Shown: one piece after another, positions 18,645 through 28,415 of the stretch | How the letters are laid out: each line of letters begins with the position of its first letter | How positions within the stretch are numbered: position 1 is the stretch's first letter | NCBI GenBank assembly: GCA_021794015.1 | Contig: JAJYRQ010000007.1 | Location: 9,755 to 73,754 of the forward strand | Length of the DNA stretch: 64,000 bases | Direction: 5' to 3' | DNA from: Deltaproteobacteria bacterium | GTDB taxonomy: Bacteria; Desulfobacterota; Binatia; Binatales; Binataceae | Position numbers and translations under genes: made by a program | Notes under the pieces: generated by a model | Seen by the model: the letters and a program-made list of their open reading frames with translations, nothing else | The model's database searches: none | What the model was told of the DNA's origin: nothing

Positions 18645-19882
18645 GGCTGAATCTGGAGCTGTACGATGTCGGCCTCCATGTTGGCCGCCGTCTGGAGCGC
18701 CTGAGCGTTGGCCTGGAAGCTGCGCTGCAGCGCGATCAGGTTGACGAGCTGGCTGGTCGAATCAACGTTCGAGCTTTCCAGCGCGCTCGGCCGGATGACC
18801 CCGGCGCTGCCGGCGCCGGGCGTCGAAATCGTCGGCGCCCCCGACGCGCTGGTCGCCTGCAAAAGCCCGCTGGCGGTAAGCGATAGACCCTCGAGCGAGG
18901 GCAAGGTCGCCAGCGCCACCTGGCCGACGTTGCTCGTCTCGCCGTTGGAGTAGGAGACCGATATCACGCCGGTTGAGCTGACCTGCACGCCCTCGGGCGT
19001 GCCCACGGGATTGCCGTCGGCGGTGCCGGTGGCCGCACTGGTGGCCGCGTACTGGGTGAGCGAGCCCAGGTTGAGGGCAAGCGAAAGCGGTGCCGCACCG
19101 GTGACAGTGGCGGTCAGCGCCGCGGCCGGCGTAGCGCCCGAGACCACCGCGCCGGCGCTGTTGAATTCGACCGTGCCGGTGTTGTTGCTGAGCCCGGTTG
19201 TGCTGCCGTCGAGGGTCGCCAGCCAGTTCCACTGTTCGTTGGGCGGAGTGCCCGCGGTCGGCCCGGCGTTCTGGAAGTAGAAGGTCAGCACGTGGCTTTG
19301 CCCCAGGCTGTCGAAGACCTGAACGCTTACCGAGGCGCTGTAGCTGCTCGCATTGGAGGGATTTATCGCGCCTGTCAGCGCCGGATCGGCGGCGTCCAGG
19401 TTGCCGCTCAAGGCGACCTTGGCCGAGGCGGTCGGCGCTGCCACGGTCTGCGGAATCGTGAGCGGCGCAAGCACGCCGCTGGCGGCGCCGGCCGAGTTGA
19501 GCGCAAAGCCGAGCAAGGGATCGCCGGTGCTCCCGACCAGCGTGCCGTTGGGACCGATGCTTAGCTGTCCGTCGCGCGAGTAGGCCTGGATTCCCGCGCT
19601 GTCCTGGAAGATGAAAAAACCGTTGCCCTGGATCGCCAGGTCGGTCGGCGAGTTGCTCTGCACGATCGCCCCCTGGGAAAAATCGCGGTAAAGCCCGGTT
19701 ATCTCGGCGCCGCCGCCCAAGGCGTTGTTCCCCACCAGGGAGCCGAGCAGCGTGCCGAACTCGGCCGATTCGGCCTTGAAGCCGATCGTCTCGGCGTTGG
19801 CCAGGTTGTCGCTTACGGCCTGGAGGGCGGTATCGATGGTTTGCAGGCCGGTCTCGGTGATCGTTAGAGAATTTCCTGACAT
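18641..19882 (-). CDS. flgE: flagellar hook protein FlgE
   Basis: N-terminal 'LQAVSDNLANAETIGFK' and C-terminal 'QLVNLIALQRSFQANAQALQTAANM'. Confidence 0.85.
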   Translation of the reverse strand: MSGNSLTITETGLQTIDTALQAVSDNLANAETIGFKAESAEFGTLLGSLVGNNALGGGAEITGLYRDFSQGAIVQSNSPTDLAIQGNGFFIFQDSAGIQAYSRDGQLSIGPNGTLVGSTGDPLLGFALNSAGAASGVLAPLTIPQTVAAPTASAKVALSGNLDAADPALTGAINPSNASSYSASVSVQVFDSLGQSHVLTFYFQNAGPTAGTPPNEQWNWLATLDGSTTGLSNNTGTVEFNSAGAVVSGATPAAALTATVTGAAPLSLALNLGSLTQYAATSAATGTADGNPVGTPEGVQVSSTGVISVSYSNGETSNVGQVALATLPSLEGLSLTASGLLQATSASGAPTISTPGAGSAGVIRPSALESSNVDSTSQLVNLIALQRSFQANAQALQTAANMEADIVQLQIQP

Positions 19883-19908
19883 CGGGGTAGTCCTCTTTTT
19901 TACTTCAC

Positions 19909-20604
19909 CTAGGGTTGTGCCACCTGCGTTACGGAGGAGCCGGGCACGACCAGGTTGCCTAAGTTAAGGTTGATTCCGGAACTCGACATCGTGACGTTTT
20001 GCACCACGCCCTGTTCGAGCAGTCCGGAGAGCGCGCCAGCGCTGCTGCCGACGATCTGGACCGTGTAGGAGCCGTCGGCGATCGAGGTCGGCGGCTGCCA
20101 GGTAAAGGTCTGAAGCGTTCCGGCGCCGAGTTGGCCGAGTGACACGCTGCCCACCTGCGCGCCTTGGGCGTTGTAGATTTGCGCGGTGTAGTTGTCGGCG
20201 GCCGTCGGCGTGTAGACGATCGAGGTCGCCTTGCCGCCGCTCACTCCGATGGCGTTGCCGGGGGCGACGACCTGCTGCCCGATAAAGGAGGCCGCCTGGC
20301 TTAGGCCGGCCAGCGGCGACGGCTGTACCTCCTGGCTTATCGTTTGTAGCTGACCAAGCGTGGCAAACTGCGCCAGTTGGCTGGCAAACTCCGTGGGATC
20401 GACCGGCGCCGTGGGGTCCTGGTTCTGCATCTCGGCGGTAAGAAGCGTAAGAAAATCGGTCTCGCTGGCTGTCCCGCTGGAAGCCGCCGCGGAAGAGGCC
20501 GCGGAGGCCGCCGCGGAAGCGGCGACAGCAGCCGTCGGCGGCGAAGAAACCGAGCTTCTGACGCTGGGCGCCAACAGCCCGACAAGACTTGAGACGGAGA
20601 TCAT
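19909..20604 (-). CDS. flgD: flagellar hook capping protein FlgD
   Basis: 'DFLTLLTAEMQNQDPTAPVDPTEFASQLAQFATLGQLQ' is the FlgD signature. Confidence 0.8.
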   Translation of the reverse strand: MISVSSLVGLLAPSVRSSVSSPPTAAVAASAAASAASSAAASSGTASETDFLTLLTAEMQNQDPTAPVDPTEFASQLAQFATLGQLQTISQEVQPSPLAGLSQAASFIGQQVVAPGNAIGVSGGKATSIVYTPTAADNYTAQIYNAQGAQVGSVSLGQLGAGTLQTFTWQPPTSIADGSYTVQIVGSSAGALSGLLEQGVVQNVTMSSSGINLNLGNLVVPGSSVTQVAQP

Positions 20605-22193
20605 TGTTTCACCTCCTCTACGATGAAAACGCCGTGGTCGCCGGAGTCGCCGCGCTTGGCCTGCGCCGGCGATTCGAAGCCGTCGGACTGGCGGCCGCGG
20701 CCGGGGTCTCGATAGCTTACGTCGGCATGCTCGAGCTGCAGGCCGGCGCCGTGCAGCGCGCGCCGCAGGGCCGGCAGGCCGGCACTGATAAGCTCGGCGG
20801 CCTGCGCAGTGGGCGCGAAGACCTGCAGATCGACGGCGCCGTTGCGCTCCCGCACGGTGGCCCGGGCGGAATCCTCCGGCGCCAGATTGACGCTAAGGCG
20901 CGCCACGCGCACCGCAGGCTCTACCGCTTGGATCGACGGCGCCAGTCGAGGCGCCGCCACGGAGGCGGCGGCACCTGGTTGAGCGTTGCTGCCGCCGGGC
21001 AACGCGTTGCCCGGCGCGGTGCTCGCCGATGATTGCGGCCCCGTGCCTAGAGCGTCGAGTTTCGTCGGTGCGGTCTTGGGCCCGGCCGTCGCCGAAGCCG
21101 GCAGATCAGGGAGCAGGGTCTTTGCCTGGGCGCGAGCGCCGGTTGGCTGGGCGGTGGCGTTAGCTGGCGCATCCGAGCTGGTTTGCGCAGGATTGGGATT
21201 GGCAGCCGAATCCGAGGCCGACGGCGCAGGATCGGAGCTGATCGCCGGCGCTGATGAGTCTTGCTGGCTGCGGCCTTGCGCGAGGTTGGCGCCTGAAGCT
21301 GCCGGCGTGTCCGGTGCGCCGGTGCTGCCGGTCGGCGGACTCGCCGCTTCGCCTGTCGGTGGCGTTGCGCTTGCGGTAGCGCTTGTGTCGCTCGCCGTCT
21401 GTGTTGTCCTGCCGGCAGGGGATGCCGGAGGAGTGATCTCAAGGCTTGCCGGCGGCGGCGGCAAGGTGACCTCGGCTTCGGAAAAATCCTGAGGTCTGGG
21501 CGGTGAAGCATCCGCCTGTCCAGCGGATGACAAGACGGCTTGCGAATGCGGTACAGAAGCCGCCGCTTTGGCGGCGGAGCCGGCAGCGGCCTGGGTGTGA
21601 GCGGCACGGACTTGAACGCCGGCGCCGCCTTGAGTAGTAGCCCCGGCTTGTGCGCTGGCGCCCGGTTGCGCGGTTGTGCCGGGTTGTACGGCGGAACCGG
21701 CTTTGGCTGCGGCGTGGGGCAGCGGCGTAGTCCGCGCCTGTGCAGCGTCGCTGGAAGGTCTGCCGGTAGAGACCGCGGATGGGTCGGTAACGGCCTGGAC
21801 GGTCGCCCGGGGCGCGCCAGGCGATGCACCCTTGTGCTGCGCGCCGGCATCGAGCGTCGAGGTTGTCCGGCCTGGGGTAGAGGGCGTGACGTTGTCGGCC
21901 AGCGGCGCAACGGTGGCGCCACTGGCTGGCGCCGGCGCGCTGGCGACTGAGGGGTCTTGCCGGGCTTTGCCGGCGGGCGGATCGCTGGAGGTTTGCGCCG
22001 CCGCGCCGCTCGGCCGCCGGGCATGCGCTGCCGGTCCAGCCGGCGCTGCCGGGTTGGACGGCAGGGCGAGGAACCCCAGGAGCGCTGCTGCGAAGTCGGT
22101 GCCCTGATGCTCGCCTTTGCGTGCCGCCTTGCCGGAGGACTGGTCGTTCGGCCCGGCGAGCTGGGGGGTTAGGTTTGGTGCGACAAGCGCCAT
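20601..22193 (-). CDS. fliK: flagellar hook-length control protein FliK (Pro/Ala/Ser/Thr-rich)
   Basis: Long disordered region followed by the C-terminal FliK domain 'ARATVRERNGAVDLQVFAPTAQAAELISAGLPALRRALHGAGLQLEHADV'. Confidence 0.6.
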   Translation of the reverse strand: MALVAPNLTPQLAGPNDQSSGKAARKGEHQGTDFAAALLGFLALPSNPAAPAGPAAHARRPSGAAAQTSSDPPAGKARQDPSVASAPAPASGATVAPLADNVTPSTPGRTTSTLDAGAQHKGASPGAPRATVQAVTDPSAVSTGRPSSDAAQARTTPLPHAAAKAGSAVQPGTTAQPGASAQAGATTQGGAGVQVRAAHTQAAAGSAAKAAASVPHSQAVLSSAGQADASPPRPQDFSEAEVTLPPPPASLEITPPASPAGRTTQTASDTSATASATPPTGEAASPPTGSTGAPDTPAASGANLAQGRSQQDSSAPAISSDPAPSASDSAANPNPAQTSSDAPANATAQPTGARAQAKTLLPDLPASATAGPKTAPTKLDALGTGPQSSASTAPGNALPGGSNAQPGAAASVAAPRLAPSIQAVEPAVRVARLSVNLAPEDSARATVRERNGAVDLQVFAPTAQAAELISAGLPALRRALHGAGLQLEHADVSYRDPGRGRQSDGFESPAQAKRGDSGDHGVFIVEEVKQ

Positions 22194-22196
22194 CGG

Positions 22197-22598
22197 CTAT
22201 TTGCCTTGGGGACGATTTTTCCAGCCGAAAAAAGACTCGGCGTCGCCTTCCTGGTCGCGCTCGCGCTGCCGGTCCTGGCGGCGCAAGAGCTCTGCCCGCG
22301 ACTGCAAGGCGGCGCGGTGCAGTCGGCGCGCCTGGTCGGTTGCCTGGGCCGCGGCGGCGAGTTCCGCCCTAAGCGAGCGCACCTGGCGTGCCTGGCGCAG
22401 CCGCGCCGCTCCCAGCAGGCCGAGATCGGCGACCGAGGCCGGGGCGGCAGCGGCGCCTTGCGCGGCGCTTAGCGCCTGCGCGCGCGCCTGTTCCGCCTGG
22501 CCTACCGCGGCGGCGCGGGCCTTGAGTCCCGCAAGCGCTCCTTTGAGTCCGAGTTCGCGGATGCGGAGCAGCCGTTGGATTAGCTTGCTGTGCGCCAT
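22197..22598 (-). CDS. fliJ: flagellar export chaperone FliJ (coiled coil)
   Basis: 133-aa Ala/Arg/Gln-rich helical protein lying between fliI and fliK. Confidence 0.5.
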   Translation of the reverse strand: MAHSKLIQRLLRIRELGLKGALAGLKARAAAVGQAEQARAQALSAAQGAAAAPASVADLGLLGAARLRQARQVRSLRAELAAAAQATDQARRLHRAALQSRAELLRRQDRQRERDQEGDAESFFGWKNRPQGK

Positions 22599-23888
22599 CT
22601 ACTGAATTGCCTCGCTGAGTTGGTTGAGACTTGCGGCGAACGAAACCCGTTCGTCCATTGGTTGCTTGAGGAAAGACTCGAGTTTCTCGTGCAGGCGGAC
22701 CGCCTCGTCGGCGCGCCGGTCGTGCCCCGCGTGGTAAGTGCCGAGTGCCATCAACTCCTCGGCCTCGCGCCAGCGCACATAGAGCTCAAGAAAGCGCAGG
22801 CGGTCGCCGTTGTGCTCGGGACTCGAAATGCGCGGGGCCAGCCGGGAGACGGAGGTGCTGACCTCGATCGCCGGATAATGGCCGCGCCCGGCAAGCTCGC
22901 GGCTTAGCACGATGTGGCCGTCCAGCACCGACTTGGCAAGCTCGCCAACGGTGTCGTTCTCCTCGTGCAGAAGCACGGTGTAGATACCGGTGATGCTGCC
23001 GCCGGCCTCCCGGGTGCCGGCGGTCTCGACCAGCCGCGGGATCAACGCGAAGACCGAAGGCGGGTAGCCGCGCGCGGTGGGCGGCTCGCCGCTGGCCAGC
23101 CCAATCTCGCGCTGCGCCATCGCCACACGCGTCAGGCTGTCCATCAGCAGGAGCACGTTGTTGCCCTGGCGGCGCAGGTAGTTGGCGATGGCGGTTGCCA
23201 GGATGGTTCCCTTAAGCCGCATCGGCGCCGGCATGTCGCCGGTCACTACGATCGCCACCGAGCGCTTGAGCCCCTCGAGGCCGAGGATGTCCTCGATAAA
23301 CTCGCGCGCCTCGCGCCCACGCTCGCCAATCAGCGCGATGACGTTGCTGTCGGCCGCGGTGCCGCGCGCGATCATGCCGAGCAGCACGCTCTTGCCCACG
23401 CCGGGCATCGAGAAGACCCCGATCTTTTGTCCGACCGCGATCGGGAAAAGCCCGTTTATCGCCCGCACGCCGACGTCCAGCGGCGCCGAGCTGAGTCCGC
23501 GCGCCATCGGCTGCAGCGCCGGCGGCTCCAACTCGATAGCTTCGCCTTGGCTTGGCGCCGGTCCGCCGTCCAGCGGGCGGCCCAGGCCGTCGAGCACCCG
23601 GCCGAGCATCCAGGGCCCGGCCTTGAAGGTGAGATGCAGCGGCGCCACCGGACTGCGCGGCGCAAGGTGCTGGAACTTGTCGATCGCCAGCAGCAAGAGA
23701 CGGTCGTCGCGAAAGCCGACAACCTCGCAAATGACTCCGCCGTTGCCGTCCTCGACCACGGCCAGTGCGCCGACCGGCAGCGCCGGCCCGGTCGATTCCA
23801 GCAGCATCCCGACCGAGCGAATAAGCCGCCCCTTGGGCAAAAAGTGCGGCTCGGGCAGGGCCGCGAGGTAGCGCGCCGACTCTATCAT
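22599..23888 (-). CDS. fliI: flagellum-specific ATP synthase FliI
   Basis: Walker A 'GVFSMPGVGKSVLLGMIARG' and Walker B 'VLLLMDSLTRVAMAQREI'; 429 aa. Confidence 0.95.
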   Translation of the reverse strand: MIESARYLAALPEPHFLPKGRLIRSVGMLLESTGPALPVGALAVVEDGNGGVICEVVGFRDDRLLLLAIDKFQHLAPRSPVAPLHLTFKAGPWMLGRVLDGLGRPLDGGPAPSQGEAIELEPPALQPMARGLSSAPLDVGVRAINGLFPIAVGQKIGVFSMPGVGKSVLLGMIARGTAADSNVIALIGERGREAREFIEDILGLEGLKRSVAIVVTGDMPAPMRLKGTILATAIANYLRRQGNNVLLLMDSLTRVAMAQREIGLASGEPPTARGYPPSVFALIPRLVETAGTREAGGSITGIYTVLLHEENDTVGELAKSVLDGHIVLSRELAGRGHYPAIEVSTSVSRLAPRISSPEHNGDRLRFLELYVRWREAEELMALGTYHAGHDRRADEAVRLHEKLESFLKQPMDERVSFAASLNQLSEAIQ

Positions 23889-24553
23889 TGGCGCCGGCTC
23901 CCGGCCGGCCGTGGGCGGCGCGGCGCCACGGCCAAAAGGGCGCCTTTGATCTGCTCGAATGCCTCATCGATGCCGCCTTCGACGAAGACCGGACCGGCCT
24001 CGACCACCGCGTGGCCCGGCGCCAGGGTTGCGTCGGGGGCGACCGGAAGGTCGGCAAGCGCCTTGCCGAGCAGGGCCTGGTCGGCCGGGTTGATACGAAT
24101 TAGCGTCGGCGCCTGGGGCGCCAGGGCGCTCTGCGCCAAGCGGACCAGGCGGGTTATGAACTCGGCACGAACGCGGTCGATCTCGATGAGGCGTGCGGCG
24201 GCGGCCAGCGCGATTTCCAGGGCGAATTGTTCGACTTGCTCGCGCTGGGCTTTGGCCTCCTGCTCAAGTTGTGTGAGCGCGTCCTTTAGCGCTGCGAGGG
24301 CCTGAGCCGCCTCTGCCAAGCCTTCGCCGTGTCCCTGTTCGATGCCTTGGGCACGTGCGGCGGCGGCCAGTTGGGTCAACTCGGCCTGCGCCGCGGCGCG
24401 TCCTCTTTCCAGTCCTTCTTGGAAACCCCGGCGGACGGCTTCGGCGACCGCGGGGGGCTCGGCCGTCGCCGGGGTTTCGCGGTGGGCCTGCTGCGGGGGG
24501 AGCAGCAGGTCGTGCAGCCGCGGGAAGCTGTAGAGGCGCAGCGGCTCGCTCAT
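23885..24553 (-). CDS. fliH: flagellar assembly protein FliH
   Basis: Glu/Ala-rich coiled-coil N-terminus and a C-terminal FliH domain 'LIRINPADQALL'. The gene overlaps the stop of fliF and the start of fliI. Confidence 0.6.
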   Translation of the reverse strand: MSEPLRLYSFPRLHDLLLPPQQAHRETPATAEPPAVAEAVRRGFQEGLERGRAAAQAELTQLAAAARAQGIEQGHGEGLAEAAQALAALKDALTQLEQEAKAQREQVEQFALEIALAAAARLIEIDRVRAEFITRLVRLAQSALAPQAPTLIRINPADQALLGKALADLPVAPDATLAPGHAVVEAGPVFVEGGIDEAFEQIKGALLAVAPRRPRPAGSRRQ

Positions 24554-26217
24554 GGGGAAATCCGATGTTCGGGCGGGTTGGGAGCGGACCTGCCGCCGCT
24601 AATCCAGGAGCGCAGGACTGCGGCGGCCGCCGCGGGATTGCGCTCGACGTGCTCGTTTAAGCGGCGCTGCAGTTCGGCAAAGTCGGGCTCCGCCCGGTCG
24701 GCACCGGCGCCGTTCTCGGCGGCCACCTGCTGCTGGACCTGTTCGAGCAGGGTGTGGGCGCGGGCTTGCGTCCTGGTCTTGCGCCGGGCAAGCCAGCGGC
24801 GCACGCGCCAGGTAAGCAGCGCGGCGAGCGCCACCGCCAGCAGCGCGCCCAGGCCGACGGCGCCGTAGAGATAGAGCGGATTGCTCAAGAGGCTGCGCAA
24901 CTGTGTCACGGGATTCGGTACCGGCGGTATGTAGGGCTGGGAAAGCGGCGCGCTCTGGACATCAACGGTGTCTCCGCGCTGCGGCTGGGCGCCGACCGCG
25001 GCCGTGATCAGGTGCTTGATCGCTGCCAGACGTTCGGGCTCGAGCGGCTTGAAGCGGCCGCCCTCGTAGGTGCCGTCCAGGACCACAGCCACGGAGATGC
25101 GCTCGATTCTGATCGACGCGCCGACGTTGCGCACCTCGCGCTTGGAGGGCTGGTAATTGATGATGTCCTTGCGGGCAAGCTCGCCGCTCTGCATGGTTTT
25201 CTGAACTACGGCACCGGCGGCAGCGGGCGGCGCGGCGCCGGCTGCCTGCACTGGGGCAGGGGTGGGCGACGGCGTTGCGGTGGGCAGATTCGAGGTCAGC
25301 CCCGGGATACCGGCGGCCGGCGGCTCGACCGGCGCGACGCTGTGCTCTTCGCTGAGAATTACCCGGTCGCCGCCGCTGCCGTAGATGCTTTCCTGCCGCG
25401 AAATCCGCGAGGTGTCCAAGGCCACCGATACGGCCGCCGCGTAACGGTTCTCGCCCATGACGCGGGTGAGCAGGCGGGCGACCTTGCCCTGGAGGCGGTG
25501 CTCGAGGTCGTTGCGCAGCTCGGTGGCCTGGGAGAGATCGTTGCGGTTGGGCGGCGGGAAGAGCGTGGCGCCGTCGCTGGTGGTCACGATGACCAGCTCG
25601 GGTTTAAGCCCGCGCACCGCGCCGGCCACCAGGTGCGCGATAGCGGCGGCTACGCTTGCGTCGATTTGCGCTCCCGGCGCGGTGGTGAGCAACACCGAGG
25701 CGTGGCCGGCCTCGCCCGGGCCCAGCGCAAACGGCGAGGGGTGCTCCATCGCGATCATCACCCGGGCGCTGTCCACGCCCCGGATGTCCATGATGGTGCG
25801 TTCGAGTTCGCCCTGTACGGAGCGCTGATAGTTGACTTGCGCCTCGAAGTCGCTTTGGCCGAAGCTGGCGTGGTCGAAAAGGCCGAAGTCGTAGCCGCCT
25901 CCGCTAAAGCCCGGACTGCCCTCGAGCACGGCGCGCGCCTGCTCGAAGTAGCGCTCCGGCACGCTTATCGCGTCTTCGCTCAGGGAAAACGGCAGATGAT
26001 GGCGGCGCAGCCTTAAGGCAAGCGCCGTGCGGTCGGCCGGCGCCAGATTGGCGGCCAGCACGCGCGGGGCGCCGGGATCGAGCAAGTAGAGCATCGCTCC
26101 CAGCAGCAGTCCGACGAGCGCCAGCGCAGCGCCCAGGTTGAAAAGCGCCGGATTCTGCTCGCGCAAGACGGCAAGCTTAAGCCAAAGCTGGCGAAGCTGT
26201 TGGCGCAACGCTTCCAT
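24550..26217 (-). CDS. fliF: flagellar MS-ring protein FliF
   Basis: 555 aa, 'FNLGAALALVGLLLGAMLYLL' N-terminal TM segment, a periplasmic ring-building domain and a C-terminal TM segment. Confidence 0.9.
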   Translation of the reverse strand: MEALRQQLRQLWLKLAVLREQNPALFNLGAALALVGLLLGAMLYLLDPGAPRVLAANLAPADRTALALRLRRHHLPFSLSEDAISVPERYFEQARAVLEGSPGFSGGGYDFGLFDHASFGQSDFEAQVNYQRSVQGELERTIMDIRGVDSARVMIAMEHPSPFALGPGEAGHASVLLTTAPGAQIDASVAAAIAHLVAGAVRGLKPELVIVTTSDGATLFPPPNRNDLSQATELRNDLEHRLQGKVARLLTRVMGENRYAAAVSVALDTSRISRQESIYGSGGDRVILSEEHSVAPVEPPAAGIPGLTSNLPTATPSPTPAPVQAAGAAPPAAAGAVVQKTMQSGELARKDIINYQPSKREVRNVGASIRIERISVAVVLDGTYEGGRFKPLEPERLAAIKHLITAAVGAQPQRGDTVDVQSAPLSQPYIPPVPNPVTQLRSLLSNPLYLYGAVGLGALLAVALAALLTWRVRRWLARRKTRTQARAHTLLEQVQQQVAAENGAGADRAEPDFAELQRRLNEHVERNPAAAAAVLRSWISGGRSAPNPPEHRISP

Positions 26218-26226
26218 CGCGGTTCC

Positions 26227-26514
26227 TTAGACCGACATGGCGGCGATCTGCTGGTAGGCCGCCAGCGCGCGGTTGCGCAGCGCAACCGCCAGTCCGAAGG
26301 TGATATCGGCGCGCTCGGCCGCAAGCGCGGCCTCGGTAAGTCCGGTGCGTCCTTGCGCATAGCCGGCGGCCGCCTGGTCGGCCTGCCTGAGCGCCTGGTC
26401 GAGGGTTGTGAGCATTGCGGCGAAGCCCCCCGGCGAGGCGCTGTCGGCGCTCGCCGCCGGGGGACGCAGCGTCACTTCAGGAAGGCTTGCGCTGCTGGGA
26501 AGACTCACCGTCAT
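26227..26514 (-). CDS. fliE: flagellar hook-basal body protein FliE
   Basis: 95 aa with C-terminal 'GLAVALRNRALAAYQQIAAMSV'. Confidence 0.8.
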   Translation of the reverse strand: MTVSLPSSASLPEVTLRPPAASADSASPGGFAAMLTTLDQALRQADQAAAGYAQGRTGLTEAALAAERADITFGLAVALRNRALAAYQQIAAMSV

Positions 26515-26539
26515 CGGTTGCTTTTGCTCCCGCTCGGGG

Positions 26540-26969
26540 CTACGGGCCCTTTAAAATGTTGAGCGTCTGCAGGGCGACCGATTCGGCGCTCTGGAGCGTG
26601 GAGACGTTGGCCTGGTAGGAACGCGCCGCCTGCATGAGATCGACCATTTCCAGGATCGGATTGACCGCAGGGCTCGCGACGTAACCCGAGGCGTCGGCCA
26701 TCGGGTTGCCCGGATCGTAGCTTTTGCGTGCCGGTGCTGGATCGCGCACCACCGCGGCCACTTTCACGCCGAGCGCGCCGGAGTCGCTGACCGGCGCCGT
26801 TTCGATGAGCGGCACGCGGCGCTGGTAGGGGCCGCCCTCGGGCGTGCTGAGCGTGTCGGCGTTGGCAAGGTTCTGTGCAATCAGCGTCAGCCGCTCTGCT
26901 TGCACGCCGAGCGCGCTTGCGGATATGGCGAAAATCTCGTGGATCGACACCGCTTGCGTTTCCCCCAGC
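26540..26969 (-). CDS. flgC: flagellar rod protein FlgC
   Basis: GTG start at 26969 follows a GGGGGA Shine-Dalgarno. The product reads 'SIHEIFAISASALGVQAERLTLIAQNLANADT' and ends 'ILEMVDLMQAARSYQANVSTLQ'. Confidence 0.85.
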
Positions 26970-26984
26970 CGGCGTTCGCAGCTC

Positions 26985-27305
26985 CTAGGCGCTGTTCGCG
27001 GAGGCCTTGAGCCGCGCCAGCGAGTCGCCGTAGAGCTTGAGTGTGGCGAAGTAGCCCAGCGCGTTCTCGTAGACTCGGCCCAGCGCTTTGTTGACGTCGA
27101 TGCCGTTGCCGTCGGCCCGCAGGTCTTCGGGCGCGACCGCGCGGGTAATGACTGACGGGCCGTCGGCGGCCGGCCGCCCGAGCATCTCTTTGAGCGCCGC
27201 TTCAAAGCGCACGTCGCGGCCTAGGTAGTTGGGCGTGTCGGCGTTGGCCACGTTCTCGGCCAGAAGGCGCGCGCGTAGCGAGCGTACTCTAAGCGCGCCT
27301 TCCAT
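26985..27305 (-). CDS. flgB: flagellar rod protein FlgB
   Basis: 'LRARLLAENVANADTPNY' and C-terminal 'ALGYFATLKLYGDSLARLKAS'. Start taken at internal Met 27305, since the ORF extends to 27353. Confidence 0.75.
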   Translation of the reverse strand: MEGALRVRSLRARLLAENVANADTPNYLGRDVRFEAALKEMLGRPAADGPSVITRAVAPEDLRADGNGIDVNKALGRVYENALGYFATLKLYGDSLARLKASANSA

Positions 27306-27821
27306 CAGGGCTTGCTCTCCGGTTAGAACCTGCACGCCGGCGTTGCAACGCAACGGGCGTGCCGCCCAGCCTAAAAGGATTACCTAAAACCGCCTGGTCC
27401 AGTTGCCGGGCGCCGAGCAGCGGAAAACCCTTTTCCGCCGCGCTTCCGTGAAGCGCAACGCCAGGGAAACTCGGTTGCCGTGAGGCCGCCGCCGCGCCCA
27501 AAGGAAAGCGGCCTGGGTGGGACGGTCCGGCGCCGCACCGGCCGGGTCTTTTCCATGCAGCGCTCGTTTAGTGTCGCGCCTCAGACCCCTGCCTGAAGGG
27601 CGGCATGGCGTGGCCTGGTACACATAATGTCGCGTCTTGGTACAAGGCCACACGCGCCCGGGCGGGCAGGCGGCACAATGGCGCGTCACTCGACAATCCA
27701 AGAGTGGCAGAGTGTAGGGGAGCGCGCTGGAGTGCGGGGTTGGGATGCGAGCACGTTAGGCGTCGCAGCGCCCGGCCGCCCCGTGGCGGCCGCGGGCTCG
27801 GGCACAGCCGCGCTTGTGCTT

Positions 27822-28409
27822 TTAGCGCAGCTCGCCCCGCAAATAGCGTTGGTAGTAGTCGTAGACCTGCTGGTTGTAATGGGCACGGGCAGCCGGGCGG
27901 CGGCTATGGTAGGCGCCGATTCGCTCCCACAGGTCTCCGCCTTCCTGGAGGCAAAGCTTCAGGATGCGCGCGCCGGCCAGGAGATTGGTGCGCGGATCGA
28001 GCAGCTCCTCCTTGGAGAGGCCAAGACGGCGTCCCCAAAACGCCCAGTTGATTTGCATCAAGCCGATATCGACATTGTTGGAAAGCGCGACCAGGCGTGC
28101 CGCTTCGGCGCGGGAACTGCAATAAATCTCGCGCCCGTTGAAGTTGACGGCCCAGGGATGATAGCCGCTTTCCGCCCCTGCAACCGCAGCCAGCAGGGCA
28201 AGCGGCACGCCCGTGCTATCGGCGGCAGCCACGTAGGGGTCTTGTTGCAAAGCGGCTGAGGCCGGCGCAGCAGCCGCCGCCGCAGGCGGCTGTGCGCGGA
28301 GCGGGCCGGCTGGCGGGCCGATGCCAAGCAGCACCACGGCGGCTGTCAGCGCGGCCAGCAGTGCTTGCCGGTATGAGCCCCGCGCGCGTGTTGGCGGGCT
28401 TGCTTGCAC
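27822..28409 (-). CDS. SLT-domain lytic transglycosylase with signal peptide (flagellum-associated candidate)
   Basis: 'LLAAVAGAESGYHPWAVNFNGREIY...NVDIGLMQINWAFW...LLDPRTNLLAGARIL' is the family-1 lytic transglycosylase catalytic core, including the catalytic E in 'AESGY'. Confidence 0.7.
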   Translation of the reverse strand: MQASPPTRARGSYRQALLAALTAAVVLLGIGPPAGPLRAQPPAAAAAAPASAALQQDPYVAAADSTGVPLALLAAVAGAESGYHPWAVNFNGREIYCSSRAEAARLVALSNNVDIGLMQINWAFWGRRLGLSKEELLDPRTNLLAGARILKLCLQEGGDLWERIGAYHSRRPAARAHYNQQVYDYYQRYLRGELR

Positions 28410-28415
28410 GAGCGG

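Noticed and set aside
27606-27650. Sigma-54 -24/-12 promoter (TGGCAC-N5-TTGC) upstream of flgB
   Set aside because: Nearby TGG-containing strings (TGGCCTGGTAC, TGGCCTTGTACC on the other strand) do not keep the GG-N10-GC spacing. The regulator also lacks GAFTGA, so a sigma-54 promoter is not expected.
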